Shown here: positions 47,081-54,655 of the stretch, piece after piece
Position numbering within the stretch: position 1 is the stretch's first letter
How the letters are laid out: every line of letters starts with the position of its first letter
Assembly (NCBI GenBank): GCA_900542055.1
Contig: UQMA01000003.1
Span: forward strand, 763 to 64,762
Direction of reading: 5' to 3'
Source of the DNA: an uncultured Azospirillum sp.
GTDB taxonomy: Bacteria; Pseudomonadota; Alphaproteobacteria; RF32; CAG-239
DNA: 64,000 nucleotides
Position numbers and translations under genes: made by a program
Notes under the pieces: generated by a model
Seen by the model: only the letters and a program-made list of their open reading frames with translations
Databases searched by the model: none
What the model was told of the DNA's origin: nothing

Positions 47081-47143
47081 ATAAAAATGCAAAGCAACGA
47101 ATACACTGCTTTGCATTACAAAAAATCCCCGCAACAGCGAGGA
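47081..47143 (-). terminator. two tandem intrinsic terminators between the early-left genes and the terminase genes
   Basis: Minus strand reads CCUCGC-UGUU-GCGGGG (one mismatch) + UUUUUU, then the perfect 10-bp hairpin AUGCAAAGCA-N10-UGCUUUGCAU + UUUUU. Confidence 0.65.
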
Positions 47144-47183
47144 TTCTATAATTTTTATAACTAATATCTTACAGCAATATTCT

Positions 47184-47654
47184 TTAGGGCTGCGGCGGAT
47201 TAAAATCACAAGCCTGATATTCAGTTAACCAGCGACCATTATATTCACGGCAAATCTGCTCATCAACCGCATACTTTTTCCCAAAATTATCTTCAAGAAC
47301 AATACCTTTTCGGCAAACCAAACCTTCATGGCACATTTCATTATCTTTAACATTGCGATATTCAGGAAACACTTCAATTATTTTAAGCAGCAAAACAATA
47401 ACTGCTAACATTCCGCCCATACGTCCCCACCATGGCCAATTTGTTTCGGTAATTTTCCACAAAACAAGCGCCGCCAAGATTTCTGCCAATATTAAAACAT
47501 GTTTATCTTTGTCCAAATATGCAGCATTCTCATTAACCTCAGAGGCAAAATGCAAAATCAACAGCATAGACACTGTGATGACAACAGCTTTTATTATATT
47601 CAAAAGCCACCGAAAAATTTTATGTTTTCTTTTATTTGGTATTATATCAGCCAT
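47184..47654 (-). CDS. hypothetical membrane protein with a Cys-containing C-terminal domain
   Basis: Track ORF 47184-47705 (TTG start). The ATG at 47654 (MADIIPNKRK) is an alternative, and the start is uncertain. Three predicted TM helices. Confidence 0.45.
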   Translation of the reverse strand: MADIIPNKRKHKIFRWLLNIIKAVVITVSMLLILHFASEVNENAAYLDKDKHVLILAEILAALVLWKITETNWPWWGRMGGMLAVIVLLLKIIEVFPEYRNVKDNEMCHEGLVCRKGIVLEDNFGKKYAVDEQICREYNGRWLTEYQACDFNPPQP

Positions 47655-47847
47655 TTTTTTGCGGAAAAATTCTTTCTTTAAACACCATAAGCCAAGCGCT
47701 GCCAATCAACAGCATATTAAATAACATATATCCAAGATGATGAGTGCCGTTCACAGTCAACATAATCAGCATTGCGGCAAAACAAAGCAACGTGGCAACC
47801 GCCGCAAGTCCAAGGACAAAATTTTGTTCATCAAATAACATCTTCAT
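47647..47847 (-). CDS. hypothetical 66-aa two-TM protein
   Basis: GGAGAA RBS, preceded by a strong promoter. Two hydrophobic helices. Confidence 0.5.
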   Translation of the reverse strand: MKMLFDEQNFVLGLAAVATLLCFAAMLIMLTVNGTHHLGYMLFNMLLIGSAWLMVFKERIFPQKNG

Positions 47848-47870
47848 AATTGTTCTCCATACAGGATATG

Positions 47871-47899
47871 TATATAGAACAAAAGTAGAACATTGTCAA
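47871..47899 (-). promoter_or_regulatory. sigma70-type promoter (TTGACA-17 nt-TATATA)
   Basis: Minus strand has TTGACA (47899-47894), 17-nt spacer, TATATA (47876-47871), about 25 nt upstream of the ATG at 47847. Confidence 0.6.
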
Positions 47900-48033
47900 C
47901 GCTAAAATTATTTAGGCATAAAAAAAAGAGGCAGTTTCCTTTCGGACATACCCCTTTCAGTATAGAAAAAGTTGTATCACAGATTGTCACATAAGTCAAC
48001 AACACATTTTTGGTTGTGGATAACTTGTTAAAA

Positions 48034-48348
48034 TCAATATTTTTCAATACCAATTTGAGGAACATAAAGTTTATTGTAAAGAGCGTTCTTATGCAAATAT
48101 GAAAGATGTTCTCTGAGTTTTTGTTCATTTTCTTCTACGGCAACCGCCAAAAGAGTTTCACGGCTGCAAGTTTCATATCTTTTCAACAAATTATAAACTC
48201 CGCTCAATATATTATATAAATACACTGCTTGTTCTGTATGCAATTTGCTCTCCAGTATTATATTGGTTATCATTTGCAATTTGTCGCTTATATCCTCTGG
48301 AGAAATTAGCTCTCCTCTGGCTGAAATCAATTGTTTTATCATAGTCAT
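48034..48348 (-). CDS. hypothetical protein of the early region
   Basis: 104-aa helical ORF. No motif. Confidence 0.45.
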   Translation of the reverse strand: MTMIKQLISARGELISPEDISDKLQMITNIILESKLHTEQAVYLYNILSGVYNLLKRYETCSRETLLAVAVEENEQKLREHLSYLHKNALYNKLYVPQIGIEKY

Positions 48349-48435
48349 CTCCCTCTATAAAACATATATATTCTACAACCTCGAATATTAAAAATATTTT
48401 TTCACAATTAATAACAGAAAATTATAATCATAAAA

Positions 48436-48936
48436 TTATATATCTTTATAATTACAGTTACTCGCTGTATAAAATTCTATCAGCCGGTCAAGACCTCGGC
48501 ATAAATCATTGTAAAAAGCGTATGCCATTTCCGAACGTCTTCTTGCAGGTATTTTTTCATCGGGCTCAGGCAATTTGTTATCCAAGCAAATTTTTTTCAC
48601 TGCCGGCCAAAACTCACGAGGAATATATTTTTTAGCATTCAAATAGCGGCTGCAAATACAAAAGCTTTTATCACCTCCTTTTATTGAACAATCCACTTTT
48701 TCTTTGCCCAAACTGGATTGAACCGATTTAAATCCATTTTTTTCATAATCTGAAATAAACCTTTCTCCTGCCGCTAACCTATCCTCAGATCTGTATTTAT
48801 CTGTTCCGTAACTCAAGCGGCCGCCATAGCATAATTTTTCCAAAAGAGTCATTTTTCTCACCCCTTTTTCAGTACGCAAAAATCCCCGTCTTTCACATTC
48901 TTTCTTACTTATATAGCTGTCATCATATTTTATCAT
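48436..48936 (-). CDS. hypothetical protein divergent from the repressor gene
   Basis: Start moved to the ATG at 48936 (GGAGG 6 nt upstream, MIKYDD). About 166 aa. Function unknown (in a Cro/antirepressor position). Confidence 0.45.
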   Translation of the reverse strand: MIKYDDSYISKKECERRGFLRTEKGVRKMTLLEKLCYGGRLSYGTDKYRSEDRLAAGERFISDYEKNGFKSVQSSLGKEKVDCSIKGGDKSFCICSRYLNAKKYIPREFWPAVKKICLDNKLPEPDEKIPARRRSEMAYAFYNDLCRGLDRLIEFYTASNCNYKDI

Positions 48937-48958
48937 AATCGCCTCCATAAAAGGAAAA

Positions 48959-49094
48959 TACATTTTATGTAAAATATGTCAATACATTTTTTGTATTTAT
49001 TATCTTATTTTATACTGTTTTTGTAACTTATATATTGATTTTAAGGATTATTGAGGTTATTTTATAAGCCAGAAAAATAATTACATATTTTGTA
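48959..49094. promoter_or_regulatory. divergent control region with three TACAT-N3-(A/T)TGTA operator-like sites
   Basis: TACATTTTATGTA (48959-48971, perfect palindrome), TACATTTTTTGTA (48983-48995) and TACATATTTTGTA (49082-49094), all in the gap between the divergent repressor gene and the 48436-48936 gene. Confidence 0.5.
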
Positions 49095-49107
49095 AAAGGT
49101 AAAAAAT

Positions 49108-49773
49108 ATGAAAAAATGGGACTGGTTGAGAAACTATATGCGCGAACAAAATATCAGCCAACAAGAAGCTGCCGAAGCTCTGCAATGGAAAAAAACGCGC
49201 ATATCCGAACTATTGTGCGGAAAAAGAGATTTACCGGTAGACAAAGTTTTCCTTGCCGCCCGCTTTTTCAATCTTAACTTGGAACAGCTGACAAAATATA
49301 ATTCCGGTTATTCTGATGACATTCCCGAACAATTTGAAACTCTTCCGACTCAGCGTCAAATAGAAAATATGTTTTTTGTTGATATTATCGATGCTTCAAA
49401 ATCCAAAGGAAAGGGACTAGAAACCGCCCCTATCGGACGGCAGCCGTTTAATGAAAACTTGTCGAATATTTTGTCTTTGCCTAAATCTCATGCACTTAAA
49501 ATTATAATTGCTCGCGGCGATGCCATGATGCCGACCATAAACGACAAAGACATTGTTTTAGTTGATATTTCAATTACAAAACCTGAAAATGACGGATTAT
49601 ATCTGTTTGACATTCAAGGCGAACTTTTTATCAAACGTCTCGCTTTTAACGAATTTGACCACAGCGCAACCATTATTTCAGACAATCAGCTTTATCCGCC
49701 GATTATGGTATCAGATTTAAGCAAACTTTTCTGTTTAGGAAAAATTTTAGCCGTTTGCAAAGCCATACATTAA
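49108..49773 (+). CDS. cI/LexA-type repressor (XRE HTH + S24 peptidase-like domain, Ser-to-Ala at the nucleophile position)
   Basis: 221 aa. N-terminal HTH (ISQQEAAEALQWKKTRISELLCGK). C-terminal IARGDAMMPTINDKDIVLVD ... ELFIKRL aligns with the GDSM...KRL Ser/Lys dyad region of LexA/cI, but codon 139 (49522-49524, GCC) encodes Ala. Confidence 0.75.
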   Translation: MKKWDWLRNYMREQNISQQEAAEALQWKKTRISELLCGKRDLPVDKVFLAARFFNLNLEQLTKYNSGYSDDIPEQFETLPTQRQIENMFFVDIIDASKSKGKGLETAPIGRQPFNENLSNILSLPKSHALKIIIARGDAMMPTINDKDIVLVDISITKPENDGLYLFDIQGELFIKRLAFNEFDHSATIISDNQLYPPIMVSDLSKLFCLGKILAVCKAIH

Positions 49774-49779
49774 ACTATA

Positions 49780-50481
49780 TTATAAATCGCTGTCTTTATC
49801 TTCAGTGCTGTAATCCACTGTTAATTCCATTGGTTTAGAATTTTCAAGCAAAAAATCAGCCAATCTGGAGATACCTTCGCCCACGTTTATTCCCCATGGC
49901 GAACCTACCTTATTCCCTCCATGCAAAACCATTCCGCGTCTGCCCTTGCTGTCTGTATTATAATCAGGAACCAGCCAAACGCGGTATTCTCCCCAAATTC
50001 GTTGTCCGCCGGGCCAATCGCCTCGTCCCCACCAGCCTTTGATTTTCATCATCAAATTTTGGTTATTATAGCTTTGCAAACGCTCTTTTGAAACCACCCA
50101 AACTCCTTCGGGAATTCTACTCATATCTTTTCCCTGTTCTGTTTTAAACAAAGAAAACTGTTTTTGCCATACATAATCGGAAAAAAATAAATTTAACACA
50201 GAAAGCAATGTTATAACCGAAACGGCTAACAATGACTTCAAAGGTGCTTTGCGTAAATAATATGCCGCGATTGTCAATAAAACTAAAAAAGCAATGTATA
50301 TCAGGTTAAAACACAGGAAAAATTTTGGAGAAGAATAAAGAAATCCCCATTGTGGAAACCCCCAATAAAAAAACTTGTTTTCAAAATATTCAACAACAAC
50401 GCTATTGCACAAAACAAAAATATAAAAAATATTCCATATCCCAAAAGCAACAGCGGCTGTCAGACACATTTTTTTTGACAT
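49780..50481 (-). CDS. membrane protein with a C-terminal L,D-transpeptidase/DUF2778-like domain (tentative)
   Basis: 233 aa. Four N-terminal TM helices. C-terminal RRGMVLHGGNKVGSPWGINVG resembles the HG...S.GC(I/V) motif of YkuD/Tlde1-like folds but has Gly where the Cys would be. Start overlaps the stop of the upstream gene. Confidence 0.4.
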   Translation of the reverse strand: MSKKMCLTAAVAFGIWNIFYIFVLCNSVVVEYFENKFFYWGFPQWGFLYSSPKFFLCFNLIYIAFLVLLTIAAYYLRKAPLKSLLAVSVITLLSVLNLFFSDYVWQKQFSLFKTEQGKDMSRIPEGVWVVSKERLQSYNNQNLMMKIKGWWGRGDWPGGQRIWGEYRVWLVPDYNTDSKGRRGMVLHGGNKVGSPWGINVGEGISRLADFLLENSKPMELTVDYSTEDKDSDL

Positions 50482-51203
50482 CAGTCAATCTCCATAAAAA
50501 AATATTCATAGGTTTTTGCCAAAAACACATTCATATAAACGACTACCGGAGAACCTATAAAAATAGTCAGCCAATTTTCTAAATTTAAACCTTCGCCCGC
50601 CATATCCAAAACGACAAAAGCCAAATTGAAAATAACCGTAATCAATAAAAACTCCCAATAATTTCCTTTTGTGCGTGAATATGCTGTTGACATTTGACTG
50701 CTGCGGCCGATAACCGAACCAATCCACGCCATCATCGGGCGATAAAATATTATCGGAGAAAAAACACTTAGAATCAGAGTTGTAACTGTATTAATTAATT
50801 GAGTATCTTCAATATATTTTTGTAAATTTTCAACATAAGTTTCTACCCACGCTCCGGTACACACAAATGGAATGACTAAGGGCAAAACAATTAAAATTGT
50901 TATAAAAACTAACAACAGACCTAAAATACGCGTTGAAGGAAGCAAGGTTCCAAAGATTTTCTTAGTCATAACATAAGGTTTGCGTCCGAAATAAAAGCGG
51001 AAAAAAGCATACCAAAACATATAATATGGAACCAGCCACAGCAAAAATATAAAATCATGCCAGGCATTGATTATTTTAAAACCGATAATCAAAAAAATCA
51101 TATTTGCAATAGAAAACAAAGACGTTTCATGCCAATTTTTAAAGCAATAGTCCAGACTATCTGCAAAAATTTTTCTCAGCGGTATTTTTTTGACATCAGC
51201 CAT
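50481..51203 (-). CDS. polytopic membrane protein, function unknown
   Basis: 240 aa with about 6 TM helices. Starts 16 nt after the tolA-like stop, so it looks like part of the tol operon. Confidence 0.5.
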   Translation of the reverse strand: MADVKKIPLRKIFADSLDYCFKNWHETSLFSIANMIFLIIGFKIINAWHDFIFLLWLVPYYMFWYAFFRFYFGRKPYVMTKKIFGTLLPSTRILGLLLVFITILIVLPLVIPFVCTGAWVETYVENLQKYIEDTQLINTVTTLILSVFSPIIFYRPMMAWIGSVIGRSSQMSTAYSRTKGNYWEFLLITVIFNLAFVVLDMAGEGLNLENWLTIFIGSPVVVYMNVFLAKTYEYFFMEID

Positions 51204-51219
51204 AATAATTTCACCTCAA

Positions 51220-52179
51220 TTAATTAACCGTTTGATTCATGGGATTAAAGCGTAAGAGCATTGTTTTCCACATATCATATTTCTGCGGATATTTCTGTGA
51301 TAAAATATTATAAGGCTGGCAGACAAAAACCGCACGGCGGGCACTGTCGGCAATAGCGCGGAATGAACTGTCACTGCGATAACGCGCCTGATCCAAAATA
51401 TCAACTCTGTTTACACTGCCGTCTTTATTAAGATAAGCTCGAATTTCAATAATCATATCCTCAATGCCTTTTGCACCGGAATCCAAATTCCAGCAAGCAC
51501 GAAGACGACCGGCAATAGCATCGGCTTCAGAAATAGATAAATCACTAAAATAAGAGCCGCCTACTCCGCCTTCTATTCCCATATTATTAACAGCCGTACC
51601 GGTTTTAATCGTGGCATTGGCATTTTCTTCTCCGATTTTCTTCTCCAAACTATCAACCGAAGCCAATAAATCTTTCAGAGGATTGGCCAACGTCGGCTGT
51701 TGTTTTTTCGGTGCTGTTTTTTTAGGCTCAGGTTTATTTTTAGGTGCAGCCGGTTTTTTGGGCTGCGGCGGTGGCGTCGGCCGTTTGGGCTGGGGTTTCT
51801 GCTCAGGAAGTTTAGGTTTTGAAGGCTGAGGAGGAACAATAAAATCTTGTTTAGGTTCAACAGGTGTTTCATTTTCAGGAGCCTCTTCCTGAGTTTGTTC
51901 AGGCTCAGGCTTTGCCGGCTTCACCTGTTGAGGCGGCGTATCGTTCTGAGTTTGAGCTTTTTCCTCTCTAACTTTTGTAGCGGGAGAATCTTTATCGGCA
52001 AACTCTGCTTTGGTCGGCAAATTAGTCAGTTCTGAAATTTTTACTTCATTCAAATCAATAATAATCGGAACTTGTTCCAAAGTCATATTTTTATGGCGCA
52101 GAAACGGCAAATCAACCACCATTAAAAAAATAACGGTGGCATGCAAAGCCAATGACTGATATAAAGATGACTTTCTCAC
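51220..52179 (-). CDS. tolA: TolA/TonB-like energy-transducing protein
   Basis: 319 aa. N-terminal TM, long P/K/E/Q-rich linker (PKPKLPEQKPQPKRPTPPPQPKKPAAPKNKPEPKK), globular C-terminal domain. Follows tolQ-tolR. Confidence 0.65.
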   Translation of the reverse strand: MRKSSLYQSLALHATVIFLMVVDLPFLRHKNMTLEQVPIIIDLNEVKISELTNLPTKAEFADKDSPATKVREEKAQTQNDTPPQQVKPAKPEPEQTQEEAPENETPVEPKQDFIVPPQPSKPKLPEQKPQPKRPTPPPQPKKPAAPKNKPEPKKTAPKKQQPTLANPLKDLLASVDSLEKKIGEENANATIKTGTAVNNMGIEGGVGGSYFSDLSISEADAIAGRLRACWNLDSGAKGIEDMIIEIRAYLNKDGSVNRVDILDQARYRSDSSFRAIADSARRAVFVCQPYNILSQKYPQKYDMWKTMLLRFNPMNQTVN

Positions 52180-52184
52180 TGTTT

Positions 52185-52649
52185 TTACTTCTTTGATTTC
52201 TGGTTTGATTTAGCATTCTGTGCCGGAGCAGAATCGGTTTTCAATCCGACTTTTTCAAAGCCCGCATTTTTCAGCAAAGCCATCAGCCCGAGCACTCGTC
52301 CGTATTGAGCATCTGTATCTCCCGAAATAATAACGCTGATTTCAGGATTAGCATCACGCACGGCTTTTACCTTTGCTACAATTTCATCAGCAGGAATTTC
52401 TTCTTTGCCGATATAATAATATCCGGCTTCATCCACACTGATATTCAAAGATGTTTCTTTACCTGTCAGATTTTTTCCGCCGACTTTCGGCAAATCAAGA
52501 GCAATACCGGATGTCATCAGAGGAGCAGCCACCATAAACACCACCAGCAGCACCATCATAACATCCATCAGATTTGTAATATTAATTTCAGCATTGCGGC
52601 GGCTTCCGCGGCGGCCTGATCGTTTTTGTATCTGCAACATTCCGCCCAT
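52185..52649 (-). CDS. tolR: TolR (ExbD/TolR family)
   Basis: 154 aa. EINITNLMDVMMVLLVVFMV is the ExbD/TolR TM signature with the conserved Asp. 1-nt overlap with tolQ. Confidence 0.85.
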   Translation of the reverse strand: MGGMLQIQKRSGRRGSRRNAEINITNLMDVMMVLLVVFMVAAPLMTSGIALDLPKVGGKNLTGKETSLNISVDEAGYYYIGKEEIPADEIVAKVKAVRDANPEISVIISGDTDAQYGRVLGLMALLKNAGFEKVGLKTDSAPAQNAKSNQKSKK

Positions 52650-53392
52650 TATTCACCTGCCATATCAGCCCTAATGGTTGTATCGTCTATTTCACGTGAT
52701 AAAATACTTGAAAATTCAGCGGCAAAATTTTCCAACCGATTGGCAAAACGATCTATATCCGATGAAATTTTGTTATATGCAACCACAGCCGGAATAGCGG
52801 CAATCAAACCAAAAGCCGTTGTAAACAATGCTTCGGCAATGCCGGGGGCAATAGCAGACAAAGAATTTGTCTGAGTGGCGGCAATAGCGTTAAAACTGTT
52901 GATAATACCCCAAACGGTTCCAAACAGACCGACCAACGGGGCAACCGAACCGGTTGAAGCCAAAAAGCCCATTCTGGTATCAAGACTGTCTAATTCCTTA
53001 TCCATCGAAACAGCCATGGCTTTTTCAATACGCTGCTGCAAAGAAACCCCTCTCAAACCGCGATCGGTTTTAGATTTCATAATATTTGTGCGTTTCCATT
53101 CGCGCATTGCCGCTACAAACATAGCCGACATAGGATCACTCGGGCGGGTTCCGATACTGTCGTACAGTTTATCCAGAGAGCCGCCTGACCAAAACTTTGA
53201 TTCAAAGCTTCTTGAACGCTGTTTAACTTCACGTAATGTTGCTATTTTGTCAATAATGATGGCCCACGACCAAATAGAGGCCAAAATTAAACCGAGCATC
53301 ACCACTTTTGTAACGGTATCCGAGCTCCAAACCATATCCCACATTGACAAAGAGCTGCCATCTGCAACATCTGCTAAAGACTGTGTTTCCAT
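52649..53392 (-). CDS. tolQ: TolQ (MotA/TolQ/ExbB proton channel)
   Basis: 247 aa. Three TM helices. GLFGTVWGIINSF and IAPGIAEALFTTAFGLIAAIPA motifs. Confidence 0.9.
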   Translation of the reverse strand: METQSLADVADGSSLSMWDMVWSSDTVTKVVMLGLILASIWSWAIIIDKIATLREVKQRSRSFESKFWSGGSLDKLYDSIGTRPSDPMSAMFVAAMREWKRTNIMKSKTDRGLRGVSLQQRIEKAMAVSMDKELDSLDTRMGFLASTGSVAPLVGLFGTVWGIINSFNAIAATQTNSLSAIAPGIAEALFTTAFGLIAAIPAVVAYNKISSDIDRFANRLENFAAEFSSILSREIDDTTIRADMAGE

Positions 53393-53628
53393 TTTTACCT
53401 CTTATAATTTAAGCATGCTGATTTTGAGCAATAAACTACTATAAAATATAAAAAAATCAATTAATTTTTAATGTTGGATTAAAAAAAATGCAAAAACAAT
53501 ACCCAAAACAAATTAACGAACTGTTTTTGTTAAAATATCTAAAAAAATATTTTGACAAAAATATGACATAAAACTTGAGTTTATGAATTTTATATGCTAT
53601 ATTTAAAAAAAATTAAAGAGGTGAGAAA

Positions 53629-54624
53629 ATGAGTTGGAAAGTAAAAGCTGCCGCATTAGCCGTTACTATGTCATCTTGGTTTGGCGTATCTCAGGCAAAA
53701 TCACAACAGACAAATCAATCTGAACAAAAAAAAGAAATTGTTGAAAAAACAAAAGCTTTAACCGCTCAGGATTCTTTGAATAAAACCTTATTTAAAGACA
53801 GCGTTAAAAATAGTAAAAACGCTAAAGCCGCGGCACTGAACGACAGTATAAGGCGTGCGGAAAACTTAATAAAATTCCGCAGCGTCGAACATGATATGCT
53901 CGGTCTTGTTGCCCATTGCGAAGGAGTTAAAGCCAAGGCCTATTGGGATCCGAACGGCAGAGTTTGGACAATTGGTTTCGGCAACACAATCCGTCCCGAC
54001 GGCAAACCCGTTACACGCTATGATTTTATAAAAAGTGAAAAAGAACTTTTTGACTATTTTCGCATTCATATCGAAGGCAAAATGTATGAAGATATGGAAA
54101 AATATTTGCCTATGGATAAAATGTCAAATGCCGAACTGGTTGCCATGGGCAGTTTCCTTTACAACTGCGGCAGCGGCGTTTTACGCAAAAAGAATGGCGA
54201 GCTTTCAGAATTCGGACAAACCGCGGTTGATTATTTTACAACGCACAGCGACACGGCAAAAATGAAATTAGCAAAATTGATGGATAAAAAAGTTACAGCC
54301 AAAGGGAAAGTGCTTCCTCAATTAGTTAAGCGCCGTGAACTTGAAAAAAGAATTTTATTCGGTGATATAATTATTTGCAATGACAATTCACAAACCGGTG
54401 AAAATGTATTGAATCTTTCAGAAATTTCACTCGGAGGCATATACAGCATAGGGAGCACAATTCCTAAAGACACCGCCCTTTTGTGCGATAAGCTTGAAAG
54501 CGTGCGCGGTTTGAATTTAAACGACTCTATTCAAAATCAAATGCGGTTACGGCCTCAACCTATATATAATAAAAAATTCGCCACTCGCAATTTGATACAA
54601 ATGAAAAAAGGCAAGCATAAATAA
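53629..54624 (+). CDS. secreted GH24 (phage-type) lysozyme, paralog 1
   Basis: 331 aa. Signal peptide. CEGVKAKAYWDPNGRVWTIGFGNT contains the GH24 catalytic Glu with downstream Asp and Thr, although the Asp-to-Thr gap (6 residues) is one longer than the canonical E-x8-D-x5-T pattern. Long C-terminal extension shared with paralog 2. Confidence 0.75.
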   Translation: MSWKVKAAALAVTMSSWFGVSQAKSQQTNQSEQKKEIVEKTKALTAQDSLNKTLFKDSVKNSKNAKAAALNDSIRRAENLIKFRSVEHDMLGLVAHCEGVKAKAYWDPNGRVWTIGFGNTIRPDGKPVTRYDFIKSEKELFDYFRIHIEGKMYEDMEKYLPMDKMSNAELVAMGSFLYNCGSGVLRKKNGELSEFGQTAVDYFTTHSDTAKMKLAKLMDKKVTAKGKVLPQLVKRRELEKRILFGDIIICNDNSQTGENVLNLSEISLGGIYSIGSTIPKDTALLCDKLESVRGLNLNDSIQNQMRLRPQPIYNKKFATRNLIQMKKGKHK

Positions 54625-54655
54625 ACTATGCTTGCCCTGCCTTTTTTTTAGGCTT

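Larger units (their letters stand above)
33729..49773 (-). mobile_element. ~16-kb podovirus-like prophage remnant / candidate domesticated phage-derived element (head, tail-fibre, lysis and repressor genes only)
   Basis: About 25 co-oriented ORFs: small and large terminase, GroES-like, portal-sized, scaffold-like, capsid-like, tail collar fibre, S74-terminated protein, SleB-type endolysin, spanins. One divergent cI/LexA-type repressor. No tape-measure-sized ORF and no integrase or replication genes recognised. Boundaries are set by the flanking host-like genes, not by att sites. Confidence 0.7.

Noticed and set aside
52875-53444. 189-aa plus-strand ORF, and similar long antisense ORFs at 43714-44220, 36227-36691 and 17444-17890
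   Set aside because: Each lies fully antisense to a gene with clear family motifs (tolQ, portal-sized ORF, collar fibre, rnfC). None has an RBS or recognisable motifs.
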